This document shows positions 7,095 through 11,048 of a DNA stretch of 11,048 nucleotides, one piece after another. The notes beneath the pieces are model-generated. The model searched no databases and had not been told where the DNA came from. It saw nothing but the letters and a program-made list of their open reading frames with translations. The stretch's first letter is position 1; each line of letters opens with the position of its first letter. Location of the stretch: positions 1 through 11,048 of the forward strand of contig VBKF01000068.1 of the NCBI GenBank assembly GCA_005888095.1. The letters run 5' to 3'. A program made the translations under genes and the position numbers. Source of the DNA: Deltaproteobacteria bacterium. Lineage in GTDB: Bacteria; Desulfobacterota; Binatia; DP-6.

Positions 7095-7688
7095 ATGGCG
7101 CGCGCGACGACTCGCTGTGGGTGGTGCGGGACGGACCCCCTCTACGTCAGCTACCACGACGAGGAGTGGGGTGTCCCAGTCGACGACGACCAGAAGCTGT
7201 TCGAGTTCTTGATCCTCGAAGGTGCCCAGGCCGGCCTCAGCTGGATCACGATCCTCAGGAAACGCGAAGCCTACCGCCAGGCCTTTGCGGGCTTCGATGC
7301 CGAGCGCGTCGCGCGCTTCAACGCCCGCAAGGTGGAGCAGCTCCTCGGAAACCCCGGCATCGTTCGAAACCGGCTCAAGGTCGAATCAGCGGTCAAGAAC
7401 GCCCGCGCCTTCAGGCGCGTGCAGGACGAGTTCGGGAGTTTCGCCGTCTACCAGTGGCGTTTCGTCGATGGGCGGCCGCGACAGAATCGCCCCCGAGCGC
7501 TCAAGGACATCCCGGCGAAGACGGACGAATCCGACGCCCTCAGCAAGGACCTGAAACGGCGCGGCTTCGCATTCGTCGGCTCCACGATCATCTACGCGCA
7601 CATGCAGGCCGTCGGCATGGTCAACGACCACGTCGTCGACTGCTTCCGCCGACGCGAGGTGGCAAGGATGGCCGCTACCCGAGCATGA
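7095..7688 (+). CDS. tag: DNA-3-methyladenine glycosylase I
   Basis: MARATTRCGWCGTDPLYVSYHDEEWGVPVDDDQKLFEFLILEGAQAGLSWITILRKREAYRQAFAGFD ... NPGIVRNRLKVESAVKNARAF ... SDALSKDLKRRGFAFVGSTIIYAHMQAVGMVNDHVVDCF aligns along its whole length with E. coli Tag (RCGW..DPLY..YHD.EWG, LEG.QAGLSW, SKDLKKRGFKFVG.T..Y.FMQA.G.VNDH). ATG 7083 and GTG 7023 are in-frame alternatives but would add a non-conserved N-extension. Stop TGA 7686-7688. Confidence 0.85.
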   Translation: MARATTRCGWCGTDPLYVSYHDEEWGVPVDDDQKLFEFLILEGAQAGLSWITILRKREAYRQAFAGFDAERVARFNARKVEQLLGNPGIVRNRLKVESAVKNARAFRRVQDEFGSFAVYQWRFVDGRPRQNRPRALKDIPAKTDESDALSKDLKRRGFAFVGSTIIYAHMQAVGMVNDHVVDCFRRREVARMAATRA

Positions 7689-7719
7689 TCATCCCGCCCT
7701 CGGGAACGTCGGAAACGCT

Positions 7720-8217
7720 TCAGGTCTTCTTCGGCTGACGCGCCAGCAGGGCGCGGAGCGTGGGGAGGGCAGCCCGGTCCCTCGGGCGATTCGCCGACTC
7801 CTTCGAGCGAATGATATCCGCGAGCGCGGCGACGGGGACCACCAGACCGCCGAGATCGTACTGGACGATGTTGGGCTTCAGGTCGTCATAGCCGGCGGTC
7901 CCGGCTGGCATGAACGCAACGTCGAGATCGCCGAACTTCGTCGTCAGATTGACGAGCTCCACGTTGTGAAAGAAGGATGCGTCACAGGCGAACGGCAACC
8001 CCGCGGCCGCGTCGGGACTGCGGATCTTAGCGTCCATCGTCCGCAACGCGGCGGCGAGCCGCGTGAGGTTCTCCGAGAGGCGCGACGGGCAGATGTCGGC
8101 GTCACCGGTACGGAGCGGCGAACCGTGCAGCGTCGCTGCGAGTCCCCCGATCAGCGCGTATTGTACGCCGTGATCCGCAAGGACCCGAAGCATCGCGTCG
8201 GGATCGAAACGCGCCAA
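7720..8217 (-). CDS. minimal nucleotidyltransferase (Pol-beta superfamily NTase fold), 165 aa, second gene of a two-gene minus-strand operon
   Basis: The protein (M)ARFDPDAMLRVLADHGVQYALIGGLAATLHGSPLRTGDADICPSRLSENLTRLAAAL...FGDLDVAF...GYDDL...YDLGG..VPVAALADIIRSKESANRPRDR carries the hG[GS]-x9-13-D.D signature (IGGLAATLHGS...GDADI). A candidate third acidic residue is in GDLDVAF. The start is TTG 8217, immediately after the upstream gene's TGA; ATG 8193 is an alternative. No close characterised homologue could be assigned from memory. Confidence 0.55.
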   Translation of the reverse strand: MARFDPDAMLRVLADHGVQYALIGGLAATLHGSPLRTGDADICPSRLSENLTRLAAALRTMDAKIRSPDAAAGLPFACDASFFHNVELVNLTTKFGDLDVAFMPAGTAGYDDLKPNIVQYDLGGLVVPVAALADIIRSKESANRPRDRAALPTLRALLARQPKKT

Positions 8218-8442
8218 TCAAGACCCCCCCGGAATCCGTCGGGCTCGGTACGCGCGCTCCTCGAACGCGAGCATGTCGAGGAGGTAGTCGAGACGCTCCC
8301 GCGGAGTCCAGGCGAGCCGCTCGACGATCTGGTCGATTTCGACGTCCTCGAAGCCGTCAGCGCCGGCAAGTTCGTCGACCATCGCGACCAACCATATCAT
8401 CGGCTCGGATACGGGAGCGAGTCTCCTCGCAGGGTCGCTCAA
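8218..8442 (-). CDS. small hypothetical protein (60-74 aa), putative partner of the downstream NTase
   Basis: Minus-strand ORF MSDPARRLAPVSEPMIWLVAMVDELAGADGFEDVEIDQIVERLAWTPRERLDYLLDMLAFEERAYRARRIPGGS. It has high GC3, and its stop abuts the NTase start (TGATTG). The start is uncertain: TTG 8442, or ATG 8400 giving 60 aa. No convincing RBS. The fully open antisense frame (track ORF 7966..8451) cannot be excluded from composition alone, but it has no start codon 3' of the NTase antisense region. Confidence 0.4.
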   Translation of the reverse strand: MSDPARRLAPVSEPMIWLVAMVDELAGADGFEDVEIDQIVERLAWTPRERLDYLLDMLAFEERAYRARRIPGGS

Positions 8443-8627
8443 ACGTCGTAAAGGTGCCGAGAAGCAAGTTGTCTCCCTTTCCCTTCGCCGTGATCTTCGA
8501 TTTACCGACCGCGCCGCTCACCGCCTGGAGCAGCGTGCGCGTCCGGTGGCGGTTGCGCGGAGGGCGAGCGCCGGGTGGGGAGGCCCCAGCCGTTGACGCG
8601 AATGGATCGACTCTTACGGGCGGCTGA

Positions 8628-9308
8628 TCAGGACGGGCGGATCTTGATCCTGACCGACTCGCTGATCGTGATGCCGCGGGGATCCATACAGGTCGCGCCG
8701 AAGTCCACGTAAATCCCGTTCCCCGTCACCTTCAACTCGCCAGCACCCAGCGAACAGTTTCCAGCGCCGTTCTGTGACAGGAACTGTGTGAGTGTGCTGG
8801 CGATGGCTTCCTCGAACACGGCCACGTCCCTGATAGGGAACGTGCCAGCATCCTGGCAGTTGATCGAGACGGGGCCGTCGGCGCAGAAGGTCACGTCGTA
8901 GTTGGCCGGCGGAAGCCAGACGGGAGGCGACGGCGGCGACGGAGATGACTTCGGTGACTTCGGTGACTTCGGCGACGGAGGTGATGGCGACGACGGCGGC
9001 GACGGTTGGCGCTCGCAGGTCATGCGAGTGGAATTGCAGATCGGGCGATCGAGCGGGCAGTACACGCCGGCTCGACACTGCTCCGTCGGAGGGGGCGGCA
9101 TCACCACGCCGCAGCTCCCCGCGTGTCGGCAGGCGGAGACGATCTTTCGCACGCAATCGCGATAGAAGCGTCCCTTGACGAATACCCCTCGACACTCCGT
9201 GAGTTCGCCACGGCAGTCGACGGAGCAGCGGGTGCCGGAGCCCGACCACGCCGGGCTGGCGTGCGTGAGGCTCACGAGGAGTCCGAGGATGGCGATGGAT
9301 GTCTTCAT
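8628..9308 (-). CDS. secreted cysteine-rich protein with Pro/Ser-rich linker (signal peptide + 10-Cys domain + SPK-repeat linker + 4-Cys C-terminal domain), unknown function
   Basis: ATG 9308 is preceded by a GGTGA SD. MKTSIAILGLLVSLTHASPAWS is a Sec signal peptide. A 10-Cys module follows (CSVDCRGELTECRG...CPLDRPICNSTRMTC), then QPSPPSSPSPPSPKSPKSPKSSPSPPSPP, then a ~100-aa domain with 4 Cys (FCADG, NCQD, NCSL, TCMD). GC3 is about 80%. Stop TGA 8630-8628. Confidence 0.75.
   Translation of the reverse strand: MKTSIAILGLLVSLTHASPAWSGSGTRCSVDCRGELTECRGVFVKGRFYRDCVRKIVSACRHAGSCGVVMPPPPTEQCRAGVYCPLDRPICNSTRMTCERQPSPPSSPSPPSPKSPKSPKSSPSPPSPPVWLPPANYDVTFCADGPVSINCQDAGTFPIRDVAVFEEAIASTLTQFLSQNGAGNCSLGAGELKVTGNGIYVDFGATCMDPRGITISESVRIKIRPS
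8945..8971. repeat. 9-bp tandem repeat (aTGACTTCG GTGACTTCG GTGACTTCG) encoding the SPK-SPK-SPK linker
   Basis: Three adjacent near-identical 9-mers read directly in the sequence, embedded in a longer cryptic GGCGACGG-type repeat spanning 8930-9010. Confidence 0.8.
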
Positions 9309-9516
9309 ACGGTCACCGCTAGCTGCGCGTGGGAGGTGAATGGCAAGAAGCGTACCCGCATCGCGGTTGCCGTGCTCGGGAAGATCGGATGACGCGGAAT
9401 GATGGTCCGGCGCGCCCGGAGAGATTTGGCGTCGTCCGTGCCCGAGTCACCCGTGGCACACTATGCCATCACGGAGTGACATTTGGAGTCAGAACGGGTG
9501 CCGGCCCCCGGAGCCG

Positions 9517-9933
9517 TCAGGCGCCGGGTCGCTCCGGCGAGCGGGAGGCCCGGCCAGGCGAACAGCATGGCGTCGTCCTCGCGTCCGAGGTCCGCCTTAC
9601 GGGTCCGACGCCACCGCGGACTCGTAGTCCCAAGGGTCCGTGGATACGCTCGAGGGAGAGTGCGACGTACGTGGCGAGGATGGTCACCGTCCAGACCGCG
9701 AGCGGCCGGGTGGCCGGTGTGAACAGAAACGGCGTGAACCAGAGCAGGTACCAGGGATAGACCGAGGGGGCGAGCGCGACGGCCGCGGCGATGGGCCATG
9801 CCCACGCGGCGGCCGAGTCGACGCGCAGTCGCGCGCGGGCCCAGGTCGCCACGACGAGCCCCGCGAGCACGGCGAGACCGGCGAGCGTCGTGGGCGAGGC
9901 AAATAGCTGTAGCGAGGATTCCCTTGAGCGGCC
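9517..9933 (-). pseudogene. C-terminal fragment of a polytopic membrane protein (5' part missing); frame open from 9933, first possible start GTG 9870
   Basis: The translation ...LQLFASPTTLAGLAVLAGLVVATWARARLRVDSAAAWAWPIAAAVALAPSVYPWYLLWFTPFLFTPATRPLAVWTVTILATYVALSLERIHGPLG... contains hydrophobic TM helices and a YPWYLLW-type motif, with core-genome-like GC3 of about 90%. There is no in-frame ATG, no RBS, and only one TM helix before the first start. The frame begins immediately after the stop codon of the VapB-like gene, in the same frame. Confidence 0.4.
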
Positions 9934-10086
9934 TCAGTCGCTGGCGGATCGCTCGTCGTCCACCAGGAGCGCGAGCGCTCGTTCGATCGCCTCCTGCTCC
10001 GAGTCGACACCGAAGTACCGTTTCGCGAAGTCGATTTTGCTCTGGTCGAGCTTCAGGTGCTTGTGGCGAACCGCGGACGTCCGCAT
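9934..10086 (-). CDS. ribbon-helix-helix VapB-like type II antitoxin (50 aa), apparently orphan
   Basis: Minus-strand ATG 10086 to TGA 9934 gives MRTSAVRHKHLKLDQSKIDFAKRYFGVDSEQEAIERALALLVDDERSASD, verified codon by codon. It matches the MRTT.DLDDELL..A....G...K...V..AL..LV pattern of VapB/RHH antitoxins. GAGG lies 4 nt upstream. It is absent from the ORF track because it is below the 60-aa cutoff. Confidence 0.55.
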   Translation of the reverse strand: MRTSAVRHKHLKLDQSKIDFAKRYFGVDSEQEAIERALALLVDDERSASD

Positions 10087-10092
10087 GTGGCC

Positions 10093-10115
10093 TCGTGTAC
10101 ATGACGTGTACACGA
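10093..10115. promoter_or_regulatory. perfect 9-bp inverted repeat TCGTGTACA-tgacg-TGTACACGA, candidate operator of the VapB-like gene
   Basis: The repeat lies 7-29 nt upstream of the ATG at 10086 on the minus strand and overlaps the GAGG SD. RHH antitoxins classically autoregulate through palindromic operators at their own promoter or RBS. Confidence 0.4.
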
Positions 10116-10206
10116 ACAGACCTGGGCGATCAAGAACGGCTGGCCCTGACGCTGGAAGTGAATGCAGTTCCCCCGTCTCGCGCGGTTACGCGGCATGGTG
10201 TTCCAT

Positions 10207-10257
10207 CCGCCCCGCGCCGAAACACTTCGTTGCGCGGGCGGTCGGACTCGCGCCGAC
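10207..10257. other. two tandem GC-rich hairpins (CCGCCCCGCGC-CGAAacacTTCGtt-GCGCGGGCGG, then GTCGG-actcgcg-CCGAC)
   Basis: Read directly from the sequence: a 10-bp stem with a 1-nt bulge plus a 4-bp inner stem, immediately followed by a 5-bp stem. They lie between the VapB-like gene and the IS91-family transposase 3' end. Confidence 0.3.
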
Positions 10258-10555
10258 CCTTCGTGCACCGAGGGCCGCTCCAGAGGTCATCGATGGCGGT
10301 GGCGCGTCGCACGTTGCAACGATGTGCTGTCGCGATGTGGGTTAAACCGGGAAGTCTACGTAACCTCCGAAGTCAGACCCTCGCCCCAAGGCCCCCCGGC
10401 TCGCGCGGGGCGTATAATGCCCAAGGCGACGTGGTCACAGACACGGCGCGTTGTGAAGTCTGCGTGCTCCGGGACACGGGGTGAACGGGAGAGCCGACCC
10501 TGGCACCAGCTTCCGGGCGAAGCGATGCGTGGCGGGCGGGGGAGCGGGCCAGCTT

Positions 10556-11048
10556 CTATTCCGAGGGGCTGTCGGCCCACGGCGACGCCCGCGCAGGCGG
10601 TAATGCCTCTCCGGCCTCCATGGACAGCCCGAGGTGCGTGAGGATCCGCCGGATCACCGCGGGGTCCTCGATCGTCGCCAGCACGATCATGCGCCCGCCG
10701 CATTTCGGACAGGCGAGGACGTCGGCTTCAAACGCCCGGCGCATGAGGTCGGCCCAGGCGCGATACTTCGGGCGCGCGCGACGATGCGTCGCATCGTCAC
10801 GCGGGTCGTCGGCGGGCGGCGGCGATGGGACCGTGCCAGCCTCGGGTTCGGCGCGCGCCACCACCGCCCGGCGCCACGGCGCGTTCGGCGCCAGGACGCC
10901 GTGATAGAAGTATCAGGTTGGTCCGCGGCCGGGGCACCAGCGGGACGAGCCGCTCCAGCAGCTCCACCGGTGTGAAGACGAGATGGGTCGTCCCGTCTGC
11001 CCATGGGCGCTGCAGGGCGACGGCGATCCGCCCGTCGCGCAGCCGCTG
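10556..11048 (-). mobile_element. IS91-family (Y2 HUH rolling-circle) transposase, C-terminal ~165 codons, frameshifted; N-terminus beyond the right edge
   Basis: The minus strand from the window edge reads ...QRLRDGRIAVALQRPWADGTTHLVFTPVELLERLVPLVPRPRTNLIL, then shifts frame near 10905-10912. It continues YHGVLAPNAPWRRAVVARAEP...RPKYRAWADLMRRAFEADVLACPKCGGRMIVLATIEDPAVIRRILTHLGLSMEAGEALPPARASPWADSPSE*. The RPR.NL.RYHGVLAPN and LL.RVF..D.L.CP.CGG.M..IA.I.D..VI.KIL.HLGL segments are the conserved C-terminal region of IS91/IS801/ISCR-type transposases. A single extra nucleotide in aacctgatacttCtatcac explains the shift. Confidence 0.65.

Noticed and set aside
1795-7365. GGTTCGAAC/GTTCGAAACC T-loop-like strings (1795-1806, 7353-7363) as possible tRNA or attachment sites
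   Set aside because: Both lie inside well-supported CDSs (permease, tag), and no acceptor or anticodon arm complementarity flanks them.
7966-8451. Plus-strand ORF 161 aa antisense to the NTase operon
   Set aside because: Its 5' half is junk-like and Arg-rich, and there is no start codon in its protein-like 3' part. The minus strand carries a gene with the NTase catalytic signature and a tightly coupled upstream ORF. It is only retained as a caveat for the small ORF.
9340-9402. 20-codon ORF (MARSVPASRLPCSGRSDDAE) behind a GGGAGGTGA element
   Set aside because: The SD-to-ATG spacing is only 3 nt and the peptide is not conserved-looking. It lies in the promoter region of the secreted-protein gene, and its GGAGG is probably coincidental.
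10413-10418. Perfect TATAAT hexamer as a stand-alone promoter
   Set aside because: There is no acceptable -35 or extended TG motif, and no plus-strand gene downstream. It is kept only as part of the IS91 flank description.
9461-10484. ORFs 9461..10102-, 9791..10345+, 9798..10484+, 10162..10641+, 10620..10975+
   Set aside because: They are Arg-rich and low-complexity, and they overlap the VapB-like gene, the membrane-protein remnant or the IS91 transposase in other frames.
1-11048. CRISPR arrays, rRNA, riboswitches
   Set aside because: There are no regularly spaced direct repeats of 25-40 bp. There is no cobalamin-riboswitch-like element near the B12-rSAM gene within the window, and no conserved rRNA stretches.

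Overview
High-GC (about 70-78% in the core genes) bacterial window, most likely an actinobacterial-type chromosome, that combines a housekeeping/transport block with a patchwork accessory region. From left to right: (i) the N-terminus of a class-B (cobalamin-binding) radical SAM enzyme on the minus strand. Its ATG overlaps, head-to-head within a CATG tetranucleotide, the ATG of a divergent ABC-2 exporter operon: a DrrA-like ATPase and a YhgE/Pip-topology permease that share TGATG. (ii) A family III CoA-transferase (CaiB/BaiF). (iii) A compositionally atypical (about 55-60% GC) 663-aa SPFH/flotillin-like gene preceded by an AT-rich promoter-like patch. (iv) A decayed Phd/StbD-ParE toxin-antitoxin pair carrying two independent frameshifts, one at a G5 homopolymer. 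(v) tag (3-methyladenine DNA glycosylase I) with a leaderless-type promoter. (vi) A minus-strand operon of a small unknown protein plus a minimal Pol-beta-type nucleotidyltransferase. (vii) A secreted 14-Cys protein with a Pro/Ser linker encoded by 9-bp tandem repeats. (viii) A C-terminal fragment of a polytopic membrane protein that sits in-frame directly behind an orphan 50-aa VapB-like RHH antitoxin, which has a perfect 9-bp inverted-repeat operator over its RBS. (ix) The 3' part of a frameshifted IS91-family (rolling-circle) transposase running off the right edge. No rRNA, tRNA or CRISPR was recognised. Most long Arg-rich ORFs in the track are antisense or out-of-frame shadows of the real genes, as expected in GC-rich DNA.
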